The position numbers and the translations under genes are program-made. A DNA stretch of 64,000 nt from Octopus vulgaris (lineage: Eukaryota): the NCBI GenBank assembly GCA_951406725.2, contig OX597818.1, forward strand, positions 11,098,001 through 11,162,000, read 5' to 3'. Of this stretch, positions 36,380 to 50,559 are shown piece by piece. Under the pieces are notes generated by a model. That model saw only the letters and a program-made list of their open reading frames with translations. It was not told the origin of the DNA and ran no database searches. Position 1 is the stretch's first letter; each line of letters opens with the position of its first letter.

Positions 36380-37774
36380 TTAAATATTTTAAGAGCATAA
36401 AGATGCACCTAGAACTACAAGCTCATATAAATTGCTGAAAACCTAACGAGGATAATAATGATCTTTAATTAGGCACTACTAGGCCACAAATTTCTAGGGA
36501 GGAGATTAGTCAATTTAATTGTCCCATGCCCCCACCTCAGCCCAGCACTTGGCTGTTTTTTTTTTTATCAACACTAGGAGGGTGAAGGATAACATTGACT
36601 TCAACTAGATTTGAACTTGGGAACATAGAGTGGAACAACTAAAATAAAGTAAGGCATTTTGTCTGACACATTTTTGTTAATTCTGCTAATCCAACAATGA
36701 CAACAACAAAAATAGTTTGTTACAATAATGATAATATTAGATATCTCCATTTGGCACAAAAAATCTGTAGTTGGTTAAATCAACACCCTGGATAGTAATG
36801 AGGAAACATTAATGGCCACTGTTTCCTTTAAGTTTTAAATTCCTGTTAGATCATCAACCAGCGAAGCTTTGGATGTCTATGTCTTGTTAATACTGTCTGG
36901 TTGATTAAGAGCATCATTACTGCAGTCTGTTGTCTTGGGTTTTGAAGAGCTAAGCAGTTGACCCTCATTGTTTTGCATCATTAACATCATCATCATTATC
37001 AATATCTTCAGTTATTGTCACTGATGCCATCATCATCATCATCATCATCATTGCATTGGCCTTTAACCTCATTATCAATGTCATCATGTCAAACACCATC
37101 ATAATAATAATCATCAGCAGTAGCAGCAGTAGCAGCAGCAGCAGCAGCAGTGGCATCATCATCATCATCAGCAGCAGCAGCAGCAGTAGCATCATCATCA
37201 TCTACATCATTTAAACGCTGTCTGAAAAATACTCTTTTACATCTTATAATTTCTTCCCTTCTCTCTTTCATCATCATATTCATCATCATCATCTTTTACA
37301 ATCATTATCATCACTATCATCACCATCATCACTAACATTATTTCCACCACTGCCACTACCACAAACACCATCCTTCTGATCATCATAATCTTCATCTCAC
37401 TTTTATCATTATCATCTTTCAGTCATCAACATTTCTGTTTGGCTGTCTCCTGCTGTTCATTTCTGTCTCCTCTTGAAGCACTCTCCCCACCACTTCTCTC
37501 TGTGTGTCTATCTCTGCACACACCTCTATAACACACTACTTTCTCTCTCTCTCTCTCTCTCCATTCTCAAAAGACTGACCTTTACATATCAAATTATTTC
37601 ATCTTTTCACTCTTCTGGAAGCAAGAAAAATATAAATATATTTTTGTTTTGTTTTTGGAATTATATTTAGGTACTTTTTAAAAATCTTTTTTTAATGTTA
37701 TTTTCCAGGTTAAATTTCTTTGTGTAAGTGTGACTGTGTGTGTATGAGTGCATGAGTATGAGTTTGTGTGTGTG

Positions 37775-37819
<45 letters not shown>

Positions 37820-38219
37820 GTGTATGTATACACACACATGTGTATGCATACATACACACGTGTGTAAATATATCTATATATATATATATAATATATATTT
37901 ACATACATGTGTATTGTATTGCATAGATGAGTGTATATACTTTGTGAACGAATATGCATGTTAATGTGAATATGTATATGAAAGTGTGTCTGTGAAATAT
38001 GTGTGTGTGTGTGTGCGTATGTGTAATTTGAGTGAGCTCTTGAAAGTAAATGTTTTAAGTATATTGTTTTTACTACTAGTTTCAACTTGAAAAATATTCT
38101 CTTAGAGAAACAAATTTTTTTTTTTATTATTAATCTTGAGAAAATCTCAGGAAGATTTTCTTGATTACTTGAAATTGTTAAATTGTTTTACCAAATATAT
38201 TTGTACAAAGAACTATACT

Positions 38220-38250
<31 letters not shown>

Positions 38251-39136
38251 CTCTCTCATAGACACACAGAGCTGGGGGTGTATGTTTGTAGATGTAGTTA
38301 TGTGTATATGTATTTGTATATATTGAAATATATATTTGAGCACACACACACACACATATATATATGACTGGCTTCTTTCAGTTTCCATCTACTAAATCCA
38401 CTCACAAGGTTTGGTTGGCCCAAAGCAATAATAGAAAACACCTGTCCAAGGTGCCACACCATGGAATTGAACCTGGAACTATGTTGCTGGAAAGTAAACT
38501 TCTTACTACACACATATGATTGGGTATGTTTTTTTTTTTAAGACAGTGAACTGGCAGTATCATTGGAGTGTCAGCTAAAATGCCTTTTGGTATTTATTCC
38601 AGCTCCTTACTTTCTGAGTTCAAATGCCATCAAGGTTAAATTTGCCATTCATCTTTCTGGTCTGTATAAAATAACATACCATTCCAGTGCAGTTGATTAA
38701 TAGAATTGTTAGACCATTGGGTGAAATACTTTGCCACATTTATTTTGGCTCTTTAGATTCTCAAGAGCCAGATAGACATGGCAAGTTTGTCTCTTCTAAT
38801 CAACAGGATGATATTTTCTAATTTGAAGGAAAGTGATGGGGGAAAAAAACCCAACTGTGTTTTCTCACAGAAATTCCACTAAAATTACATAGTACATGTT
38901 AAAGAAGACACTAAGGGTCATTCATTGCTGTATAAATGTAAGAAAAAAAGGATACAATTTGGAGGAAATTTGGCTGATCTTTCTAGCAGGTCAAATAATC
39001 ACAGCATGACTTCTTCTATGTGATTGTGTTAGCAAGTGTTTGTATGTCTCTCTCTATGTGGGTGTGTATATATAAATATTTCCATCTGAGTATAAGTATA
39101 CTTGGCTGTCTTTACATATATATATATGTATGTGTA

Positions 39137-39353
39137 CAAGGGGGTGCTGGAAAATTCCTGGCTTTGGGTAAAAGAAAATACAGGAGGATCAGTTAATTAC
39201 GATTTTATTCATCATATTCCCCTCTCAGATTGATACACTTATTGCAGTGGTCCTTCAGTTTTTCTAAGCCCTGTAAAAGAATGTAGAAGGTTGGCCCACC
39301 AGCCAGACCATTCATGATATCCTTAAAGCTAGGAACTTTACAGCACCCCATCA
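39137..39353 (-). mobile_element. Mariner MITE retaining the transposase C-terminus
   Basis: TIRs ggggtgctggaaaattcctggcttt / aaagctaggaactttacagcacccc. Minus strand encodes FYILLQGLEKLKDHCNKCINLRGEYDE (mariner GI.KL..RW.KCI...G.Y.E). Confidence 0.85.
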
Positions 39354-39844
39354 TGTGTGTGTGTGTGTGTGCATATGTGCGCACACGTGCGTGTGAAGAT
39401 ATGGTTATGTATATGTATACTGGGTATGTATGTGTAAGTGGTTGAAAAACTTGAGTATGTGTAGTTGTGTGTGAGGTGTTAGGCATGTGTGTATTTGTAT
39501 GTGTAGTAGTGTGTATATGTGATTGTATATGTTCTTTTTCAGTGATTATGTGTAAGTGTAATTAAAAACGAGGCGTTATTGGTTGCAAAGGATTTAATCA
39601 AACTTAAGAAATCCCGCAAAGTCAAATGTATTATTTCAAAGTTTTCTCTTAATTTTAAATTCTTTCTTTCTTATTTTTTAAACTCTTCCACCATTGCCTT
39701 CCCTTCCCACACCTTCATGTTTTGGTTTTGATTCTCTTTGAAGTTAACCATTTTACAGTGTTCCTTGAAGATTATATATCAAAGAGAATGGCCATGCAGT
39801 GTATTTGGTATAAGATTTCAAGAAGCAACAACAACAATAATAAC

Positions 39845-39897
<53 letters not shown>

Positions 39898-40377
39898 TGA
39901 TAGTAATAATGATGATGATGATGTAGATGCAAGGCCAACTATTTTGAAGCAGGGTGGGATTAGTTGATACTATTGACACCAGCACATGGCTGGTACTTCC
40001 TTTCCTCTGCCTTGAAAAGATGAAAGACAAATTTTGTCTTAGTAGAATTTGATCTTGGACCATAAGGAGCCATAGCTGCATATCATGAAGGATATTGTCC
40101 AATGCTCTTATGAGTCTGCCAATTCACCAAGCTTATGATAACAATAATGGGTTCAAATTTTAGCACAAGGTCATTAATTTGGAAAGAGGCATAAAGTGAT
40201 TAGATCATCCCAAGTGCTCAACTGCTACCTATTTTATTAACCCCAAAAGAATGAGAGATAAAGCTGACTTCTGCATAATTTGAACTCAAAATGCTGCTAA
40301 GCATTTTGTTTGGTATGCTAACCATTCTACCAGCTCACTGACATATATAAATTTTAAAATAACAATAATAATAATAT

Positions 40378-40712
40378 TGTTATATTTCGGAATGGTCATT
40401 TTGCCAGTTTAGCCAATAAAATCACACACACTATATATTTGGTGTTACTTTGCTTCAGTGTTATTTATTTTTTACATTAATCTTAATCTTATTTCGGCCA
40501 GAGTTCTTTTCGTCTCACTCCTGTGACCGCATCAGTGGTCCTTTGTTTTCTTCTTTCTTATTTGTGTCTCTCCTTACTAACCGTCAGCCAAATATATAGT
40601 GCGTGTGATTTTATTGGCTAAACTGGCAAAATGACCATTCCGAAATATAACACTATCTGTTTCAACACACAACTTCGCATAAAAAATCTTGCACAACAAA
40701 TATATAAACGTA
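40378..40712. mobile_element. Element with 65-bp inverted arms and an internal HHR-like motif, inserted in (AAT)n
   Basis: 40378-40442 vs 40588-40652: 64/65 complementary. Minus-strand ctgatgc-ggtca...tggcc-gaaa at 40492-40535. Confidence 0.7.
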
Positions 40713-41079
40713 ATAATAATAATTTTTTTATAATATACAAGTCTGGGAATTTGGTGGGAAGAGGAAGTTACTTATATGGACCCTGATATTTAACTGGTAG
40801 TTTATTTTATCCCCCCCCCCCCCGAAGGATTAAGGATAAAGTTTACTTAGCAAGGATTTGAAATCAGAATGTAAAGATATGAAAGAAATAACACAAAGCA
40901 TATTGCCTGATGCTCTGACCATTCTGCCTGATGCTCTGACCATTCTGCCTGCTTGCTGCCTTCATAATGATGATAATGCTTTCCTTTGACTACAAGGATA
41001 ACTGATGAGGAAACATTACAAGGGCAATTTACAAAAATGCTGGGCCTTACATAAAATTGTGAGAAAATATGAAAAGCAA

Positions 41080-41810
41080 ATAATAAAAGCACAAGACCAA
41101 AGCCTCCCCATGAGAAATTAGCAAAAACATGTAATGAAAAATACAACAAGTAACTGGAGAATATGTGGAGATGGACAAGAAATAATAAATCATATTGTCT
41201 CTGGCTGCCCAGTCCTGGTTAAGAAGGAATATATTCACAGACATGACAGAGTTGAGATCTATATACACTGGAAGCTATGCCAACACTATAGAATAGCAAC
41301 AGAAAAAAGATGGTATAGACACATGCCAGAAAAGGTCGCAGAAAATGAGAAAACAACCATACTATGAGATATGCTAATACACAGAGAGAGAAATTAAGGT
41401 CAATAGGCTGGATATAGTTGTCAGAGATCATTAAGAAAAAAATGCTTTCTAATCGATACCAACAGATGGCAGAGCTTCTCTAAAAGAAATGGAGAAACAT
41501 TCAAAATACAAAAACCCGGAAATAGACGTAACTAGAATGTAGAGTCTAAAAAGAGAAACAATTCCTATCATAGTAGGAGCATTAGGTATGATAAAAAAAA
41601 TATTCAGACAAATACATAACAAAAACACCAGGACTTACAAGTATATACAACATACAGAAAACAGCACTACTAGGCACTGCACACATATGTAAAATACTTT
41701 CAATACAGTAAAAATAAGAGCATCACAATAAACCATTGCACATACCCAAGGCACACAGAGCTGCCCTTGATAGTGCAATGAAAGCATGTGATGAAAATAA
41801 GACTACTGAA
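41080..41810 (+). mobile_element. R4/Dong-clade RLE LINE 3' end (zinc knuckle plus PD-(D/E)xK endonuclease), decayed
   Basis: IIKAQDQSL...WRICGDGQEIINHIVSGCPVLVKKEYIHRHDRVEIYIHWKLC...ENEKTTIL*DM...IKVNRLDIV...PIIVGALG. Followed by (TAA)n, the target type known for Dong. Confidence 0.88.
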
Positions 41811-41849
41811 TAATAATGATAATAACAATAATTAGTACCAGTGACTCTT

Positions 41850-42296
41850 ATGGTTTCTGATCTTAGAAGTGTTATTATGTACCTATTTTGTCTTGGTGTA
41901 AAAGATAGACTACAGGAAATATTCTGCTTAATACCACAGATTTGCCCGTCAGTTTCTTCACCTTAACCAGTTGAGCATGTCCCTTAAATGAGCAGGAATA
42001 GTAGGGGAGCATCATAGCCCCCGGAAGCATGAGTGTTTTGTTCATCATTCTTAACCCTTATTCAAGGACCTTTTGAGCAGGATGGGCTACTCAACTCGGA
42101 GAGAAAAATTCTAACTGGGCCCCACCTGCAAAGTTGTGTGCCATTTATCTTGTTATGAGGTCACCATTTCATGCATGTTGTGATACCTGTACCTGGTGTA
42201 CCCTTATCAGATGGGTGGTCATGATGAGTATATTGGACTTCATATATTTGTATCCCAGTCTCACTTTGATGGAATGTGCTGCTCTCTCACTTTGTA
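41850..42296 (+). mobile_element. (AAT)n-tailed unclassified retroposon; short minus copy at 54895-54998
   Basis: The 3' end ccagtctcactttgatggaatgtgctgctctctcact matches the reverse complement of 54895-54998; both copies abut AAT/GAT repeats. Confidence 0.6.
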
Positions 42297-45200
42297 ATAG
42301 TAATGATGATGATGATGATAATAATTTCTAATTTAAGTACAAGGCCAATAATAATAATTATAATTAATTTTATTTGCCACTAGGCATCATTAAAAAAAAT
42401 TGTTTTCATTTATTTATCTCTATAGCAACAGATGAAGAAGACATTATAGAGATAGATTACAAAAACCATGGGAAATCCGATGAGTAAAATAAGAAAAATA
42501 AAGCATTAGTTCTTTAATTTATTTTGGCACAAATAACTATTCATGTATACAACTGCATGTTAGAAAAGCTTGTTGCAATGTATATATATAGTTATACAAA
42601 AAGAGAGTGTGGAACAATAATGTTTCATAGTATATTAGGATATATTTAACACTGGTGATATAAAGACAGATGAATGAATAATATATACACATATATACAT
42701 GAAGGCATAGCTGTGTGGTTAAGAATGCCTTCTAAGTGAATTTGGTAGATGGAAACTGTATGACGCCTACCATATGTGTGTATATTTGTGAAGGAATTTG
42801 TCCCCTACCAATTGTAAACAACTAATCCAATGTTTGTTTCCATCTTATAACTTAGTGGTTCAGCAAAAGAGACTCAATAAAATTACTGGAGTCAATTTGT
42901 TCAACTAAAACTCTTCGAGGCAGTGCTTCACGTGCCAATGATTGAAAGAAGTAAAATATATAAGATAGTTACATTGATATAAATAAAAGCATATGTAGAT
43001 GACCAACAAATGAAGACAACCCATCCACCCTTGGGTGAAGAGCCCTTGTTTGATCAGGGCTCTGCATGTCCCTGTTCCTCTTTACTTCTGTGTTCAACAT
43101 AGTCAAAATGTTCCACATAGACATTCATATAATCAAAATGTTCAGCCCCAAAAGTCCATGTCTGCAACTCGGGTGTTGCAGTGGGTAAGAAAGGGCCCAC
43201 ATCCTACTGTGAATTAAAATATAACTGCTCTTAGACTATCGGTTTGGTTTTTATTAGCAGTCAAAGCTTAACTCAACGATAAGGTAAAATAGCAGGATTT
43301 TTTTATGTAACTCTTTTAAGTTCTCTATTATATTCATAATTAACATTTCTCTTTCACTGGGCACACTGGTAAAACTGTTGTTGTTATTGCACATCATCAT
43401 TTAACATCTGTTTTATATACTGGCATGGGCTAGTTGGTTTGACAGAAAGGATTTTAGCAGAAAATATGTGTAAAAGTATGATTATTTAGTGGATATTGAG
43501 TTTTGTATTAATAAATCACCTTCAATTTTTTTTTTTTTTTGTTAAAACTCCGGCGACAAAGATTAACTCTGGATTTCCTTTCCTTATAGTTCGTGAATTT
43601 AGAGGGTTTAGATCTGCGATACTGTCCTTTATTGCCCGTTGTAGATGGGCAGATTTGCTATCTTACTGTAATGGGAGTTATGTCCATCTCTTTAGCTGTT
43701 CCCTTTTCACAACCAGATGGCTGGACCACTGGTTACGATATTTTTCAAGATTACAAAGACTGTTGTCAAGAAGGTTTGTAACATTAAAAAATCAGAAAGT
43801 ATGATTATTTCGTGGATATTGATTTTTGAATTGGATATTGATTTTTGCATTTTCATCATATAGTTTGTGGCCTCATCATAGATATGATGGGGGTTGCGAG
43901 GGCGGTTAATAGCAAAAATAAAATGGAAAAAGTGTGTGTCAGTATATAATGTGTGCTATTATTTAGTGGTTATTGAAGTGTGTCAATCTTGAGCAGGATT
44001 CGAAACAGATAATCAAAGCAGCTTTTGATTATATTTCAGTTTTGTGAATCAAAATAACCCTGAAGACCAGAACACCCAGACATTATTCACATAAAACAGT
44101 GAGAGGAAAGTCTTAGTTTCATTTTTTGCAACCCTAAAGATTCCACTCACATATTCACAGCAAACAAGGCACAGGGCTAAACTTTAGATTGTATAGGTGT
44201 ATTTTTACCCACTCTGATGTTTACACATGGCTAGTTATACATCGCTATGAGTAGAGCAATGTACACCAGTAATTTGAAAATTAGTGTCAACCAAACAGAA
44301 AATATGATCTACAAAGTTTTGTAATCAAATTGATATTATTGAAAGGAACATGATTTATAATTTAAATAAGGAAATTAGTGAACAAGCATAAAATAGTGTA
44401 AACAACTAAAATAAAAGTATATCTCAATAAAATATTTTTCTTAATACTTTTTATGTAGTGGTCGAAGGAAGTTCTGGCTTTCATTAGGAGTGGTCCCCAT
44501 AACCATTCATGATACAGAGGCTGGGAACCTATTTCAGTTTGGGGAGTGAATCGTCATCACATGTCACTTAGTCGCAAACACATGTCATATAGCTGCAATA
44601 GAATGCTGAATCACCAACAATAATGGAATTTCTCTAAGACAACACCCAGTAATCTATCAAGTCCATTTACCCATTTCTCAATACATATTGCTGTTATAAC
44701 TTCCCACCCTCATTTTATGCCTCCATTGTAGATGAGTAGATTTGCTAGAAATATTAATAATGATAGATTCAAATTTTGACAGAAGAGCAACAAGTTTGGG
44801 GAAGGAGCACACTGATTACATCAACCCCAGTGTTCAACTAGTTCTTACTTAATCGACCCCCAAAGAAGTCAACTCATCAAAATTTGAACTGAGAACATAA
44901 TACTAGTTTTTGTTATGTAATCTTGGGTGAAGCTTCATTAAATAGATCTCTGATCAAAAACATTCTAGAACCACATGGAAGTGCTTTTGCTAATTTATTA
45001 GTAGTGGCTTCAATGTTTTAGCTTGCTGTTTACCATTTCCTTCAACTGACCCTCTCCTTCCACCCAGGAAAAACTCTGAGTGTGGGGAATGGTCCAGTTC
45101 ATGGTGCCACTGCTACCACCACCACCACCACCACCACTACTGATATTGGTTGTTAATAAAGTTTGAGATGATGATGGTGAATGGTGGGGATATCTTTTTA

Positions 45201-46904
45201 TGATGTTTATGATAATGATGATAATGAGACAATAGGTTGTGCAAAGAATGATAGTGATGAATATTGAGGAAGATGGTACTGTAATGTTTACATGATGATG
45301 ATGATGGTGGTGATGGTGGTGGCAGTGGTGGTGATGAAGAGAATGTTGACAGAAATTCAGGAAAATGTTCTGCATACTTTAATTGTTATGAATGAATTAG
45401 AATTGAATATTAAAATAAAATAATAATAATAATCATAAAAATAAAAGTCACAGTAAAACAAAAATAGCCAACAAATTTTTTTTTTCAAAAATACGAAAAC
45501 AAACCCTCCCCCTAGTGCTTTCAGTGTCCCTGTCCTGCAAGAGATGCTAAATATTTGTATGGGGTAAGAGGATGGGTGTGCCATAAAAGTCCAATTATAT
45601 AATGAATCATTAATGTGCGTGTGGGTGTGCGTGTGTGTATATCAAAATTTTTATTTTGTAAGAAAAAAAATTAACAATGAAAACTCAAAGTAATCAAGAC
45701 AATACATGAGATGAAACCCTGCCTACAGACTCAACTTCTACTTCTTGTTCTTGTATTTCTTCTGGCCAGACTTGTAGTTGATGTTGAAATTATGGTGGTG
45801 ATGGTTAATATTCATTTTCTTTCAGTTTTTTTCATTCTTTTTTATTATTATTTTTCTTTTTGTCTTCTTCTTCTTCATTCTCCTTTGCTCTCTTCTTCAT
45901 CATTTTTTTCTTCTCCTCTTCATCCTCCTCTATCAACGTCATCACCATTATCAAGAAAGCAGCAATTTTAAAGAAAGTAAATCCAGTAGGAATGAAAGCC
46001 AAGTTAATTTGAAGCTAAAATTCTAATCAAGCAAAGTTCCTTTAACGAAGAACTGACAATTAAATCAAAATGATAATTGGATGACAATAGCCTATGCTTT
46101 CTCCAAGACACTAATTTACACTCCCTGGAATGATTGTGTGTGGTGTGTGTTTGTATGTGTGTGTGTGTGTATGTGTGCAGAAATGTCTAAATACGCCTCT
46201 TTTGTTTTCCATGCATGGAAATATGTGTACATGTGCATGCATTCTATGCGTGAATATATATTCCTTTTGATTTGTGTATTTCTGTGTGTAAATGTGTAGA
46301 AACGTCCATGTGTACGGCTGTTGTGTTGAATGTGTAAAAATCCGTGAATGCAAATCTTTGTGTATGTGTGCCTGTACTACAAATGTTTATGTATGTGTCT
46401 TTCAGTGCATGTCTGTCTGTCTCTGTGGGTTTATACAAAACTCTGTGTGTACTTCATTTGTTTTTCATGTGTATATTTATGTGTGTATTTTGTGTTAATG
46501 TGAAAGTGCATGTGTGAATGTGACTGAGTGTATGTATGTGCAAAACATATATGTATACAAATATCTGTATATGTGTATGCCTAGAAAGTGTACCTGTCTC
46601 TGCATGTGCTATGTATGTATAAAATTCCAAATATATCTCTTTTGTTCTTGATGTGTACAAAATCTTTGTGTTTAGAAATGTGTATATTTCTATGTTTATA
46701 TATGTGCTGTTTGTAAAAATGTGTATATAGTTGTATTTGTATATATCAATGTACATGTATATCTGTATAGAACAATGTGCATATGGTATCTGTGTACCTA
46801 TAAACAAATTTGCATATGTTTATGTGTGTGCATGTACAAACTTCTGTATGTATATATGTATATGCATACACACACACACACACACATATATATGTATCTA
46901 TATC

Positions 46905-46964
<60 letters not shown>

Positions 46965-47921
46965 CATACATATATATCTATGTATATACATATATATATA
47001 TGTACATACATGTGTTTGTGTGTGTGTGTATTTGTGTGTATTCATGTGTGTGGTTTTACACAAAGATATGTTTGTATATATTTGAATGCATGTTTTGGTG
47101 GATGTATATATAGGTGAGGTTTTTTTTTAAGGTAAGTAGGCAGGTATGTATGTATGTATACATGTATGTATGCAATCATTTACATTTATGCACACACATT
47201 GTTATCTAAAATAAACACCAATTTTATATTGCGTTTGTTCTTCGCTATCTGATATATTCTGTTTGCTGTTCATGCTTCTACAAAGAACTGGACACCAACT
47301 GCCATCAAAGATAAGTGGAAGGAAGAGTGTTGGAACAACTGGAGGGGAGGATGAAAGTTAAAAGAAGAAAAATCCTTATCAACAACAGCAACTATGAAGA
47401 TGTTGATAGTGATGCTAATAGTGATAATGATGATGGTGATGATGATCACAAATTATGTATGTGAGTGTGTATGTGTATCCATGCGTATGTATACATTTGA
47501 TTTTACAAGAGACAGAGGACTCAGTACTTAAAACAGTATGTACGTATATTTTCATTAGCTGGAAATACTACAGCAAGTTAGTCAGAGACTAACCAAAAGA
47601 TATAAGAAATGTAATTTTTTTGCACAAAACTCCAGACTCCTGAGTAATTCCTGTATAGTTCTCACCTGACATATATAGGCATGTGTGTGTGTATATGCAT
47701 GTCTCTGTGCATATTCTTTTATTCTTTCACTTGTTTCTTGCTGGGACACCACCATGAAGAATTTTTAGTCAAACAAATTGACCCCAGTACACATATTTTC
47801 TAAAGCCTGGTATTTATTCTATCAGTTACTTTTGCCATACTGCTAGGTTATGAGAATATAAACACACCAACACTGGTTGTCAAGCAGTGGTGGGTGACAA
47901 ACACAAAGGCATGCATACACA

Positions 47922-47952
<31 letters not shown>

Positions 47953-48139
47953 AAGAGAGAGAGAGATTTTTTTTTTCAGAAAGTCATATGTGGATGATAG
48001 TGTTTGAAGAGTAAAAACTTAACTTAGTGACTACTTTTTAGACTTGAAATATTCCTACCTTTGTAAAGTTTTAGGAAAAATATAGCATTTTTATTCCACA
48101 TTTTAAAATGTATTGAGTTCTTTAATATGTAATTGGTCT

Positions 48140-48352
48140 GAGGCAGTGAGCTGGCAGAATAACAAGCACATTAGGCAAAATGCTTAGTAGCAGTTCATCT
48201 GTATTTACATTCTAAGTTCAAATTCCACTGAGGTCTACTTTACCTTTCATCATTTCAGAGTCGATGAAATAAATACCAGTTGAATACGGAGGTCGATGTA
48301 GTTGACTTACTCCTTCCACTGAAGTTGCTGGCCTTTCGCCAAAATTTGAAGT
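48140..48352 (+). mobile_element. SINE family B
   Basis: gaggcagtgagctggcagaat...gttcaaattccactgaggtctactttacctttcatcatttcagagtcgatgaaat. Confidence 0.85.
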
Positions 48353-48439
48353 CAATATATAACTGGTCTTCTTAGACTTCAGATTAAATGTTTTACATAT
48401 ATAAATATATATATGTTATTGTTAGTATATGCAGCTGGT

Positions 48440-48795
48440 ACACTAGACCTCTCTTGAGAAAATTCCTGTTTGGGAGTCAGCCCACACTTGACACCAAAGT
48501 TTGCATATTAGGTAAACTGCTCTATCAGCAATGCAAAAATACATTTTCAGTCTTCGTAATTTGTAATAAATGCAGCATATCTTATATTGGCAGCACCATA
48601 CTTAAACTGCACATATGCATAAAAGACTAAATTTTATAAATGCTTCTGCTATCAAAACATCTGGAAAGATGTCATAATGAAGATATCATTGTTATTATGA
48701 AAACCATAATGAAAGATCAAATCTAATGACTAAAGAAGGTGTTTTGATTAATAAACCATGTCTGTCCATTAACCACAGACAATGAACTGAGCTTG
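48440..48795 (+). pseudogene. Decayed PLE GIY-YIG endonuclease fragment (third family)
   Basis: ICNKCSISYIGSTILKLHICIKD followed by SAIK-HLERC and KEGVLINKP.LSINHR-like C-terminal remnants. Confidence 0.65.
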
Positions 48796-49155
48796 TTGAT
48801 TGGTTGAAAACACTACTAATCTGCACGTGATTTGCCCTTCCTCTCTAATGTTAGCATTCAGAAAATATCTGCTTAGTTCTTCAGCACTATGCAGATGGAG
48901 CTAAGTTCATCTTCAATTTACTTGATATGGGTTTTTTTAGTCTTAAATATTAATATAAAGTAAAAAGATAAACTAATTTCTAGTTTTGTTTCTGATTAAA
49001 TCCATTTATTTCCATACTTTTATGTAGTGTCTTTTTAAACACTATTAATGCGTGTGCATGTGTGTATAAGTTTATATATGTGTGTATGGGTGTATGTGTA
49101 TAAGTGTGTCGTGTATGCGTATTAATGTATATTATGTATGAGTGTATAACTGTGT

Positions 49156-49186
<31 letters not shown>

Positions 49187-49611
49187 CAATATATATGTAC
49201 GCATGTCTGTGTGTATGTGCGCATTTGTATGCATATACTTAGTTTTTGGTTATGATTATTTCCTTACCAATATACTGGAGTTGGTAAGGAAAATGACTAA
49301 AAACTTTCAGGATATTTACTGAGCATGGTTGCAGTCCAGTGACCAAAACCAGTGCCAGAATAAGAATGTGTGTGTGTAAATATATGTGCATATGCATGTG
49401 TATGTTTGTGTGAGTGATTTTTCAAAACTGGTGATTATCTCCATCCTTCCTCAGTTTCTCACATGCGTGTATTTGTTATAAGGCAAAATCGGTATAATGA
49501 TGATGGATGATAATAAGTTTTTCTAAGATAGTACAAAGCCACACATTATTGATGGATAGAACAAGTATTTGCTGATTAGAAAACCAAATCCATGCCTAGT
49601 TGACTATTCTT

Positions 49612-50060
49612 TTATTCTCTCAATTGTTTCAGTCATTTGATTGCAATGATGCTTGAGCACCATCTTAAAGGGTTTTAGTAGAAGAAATCAACCCACGGGA
49701 CTTGGTTTTTTTAAAGCCTAGTACTTATTTTATCGGTCTCTTTTGCTGAACAGATAAGTTATAGGGACGTAAACATACCAACATCAGTTGTCAAGTGATG
49801 GTGGAGGGACAAAAACAGACTAAAAAATGCACACACACATATGTATATGTATATGTGTGTGTATATATATATATATACTTATATATATATATATTTACAT
49901 ACGACAGGCTTCTTTCAGTTTCCATCTACCAAATCCACTCACAAGGCCTTGGTTGGCTCAAGGTTAAAGTAGAAGACACTTGCCCGAGGTACCATGCAGT
50001 GGGACTGAACCCAGAACTATGTGGTTGGGAAGCAAGCTTCTTACCACACAGCCACTCTTG
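49612..50060 (-). mobile_element. SINE family A
   Basis: Reverse-complement homology to 6256-6677; divergent from the plus copy at 50176-50540. Confidence 0.85.
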
Positions 50061-50175
50061 CAACTTTACCTTTTTTTTATGCTAGTCTCTTAGCTTAATA
50101 GTACAGAGTGTTCAGCCAGAATTTAAGAGTAATAGGTTTTGATTCTCTGTAGAGGCTTCCTGGCCACTTTTTATA

Positions 50176-50540
50176 GGTACAGGCATGGCTATGTGGCAAG
50201 AAGCTTTCCTACTAGCCACATGGCTCCAAGTTGAATCCCATTGTGTAACACCTTGAGGAAGTCTCTTCTACTATAGCCTTGGGCTGACCAAAACCTTGTG
50301 AGTAGATTTGGTAGACAGACACTGAAAAAGCTTATTGTGTGTGTCTTTATGTCTGTTTGTCTGTCTCCTGCACCACTTGATAACAGGTGTTGGTGTCTTT
50401 ACATCTCTGTAACTTAGCTGCTTGGCAAAAGAAACCAATAGAACAAGTGCCAGGCTTTACAAAATAAGCAACTAAAATTTCTTCAGGGTGGTGCCCCAGC
50501 TTGAGCACAGTCTAATGATTGAAACAAGTAAAAGATAACA
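50176..50540 (+). mobile_element. SINE family A (older)
   Basis: Homology to 6256-6677. Confidence 0.8.
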
Positions 50541-50559
50541 AGGTAAAAGCTATATATAT

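Noticed and set aside
42425-42483. Possible micro-exon TDEEDIIEIDYKNHGKSD after ctctatag
   Set aside because: Weak donor (gtaaaa), no recognisable homology and no partner exons; expected by chance.
48859-48907. cagaaaa-tatctgc...gcagatg-gagc downstream of the third PLE fragment
   Set aside because: The position fits an HHR relic, but four core mismatches make it unsupportable without a consensus.
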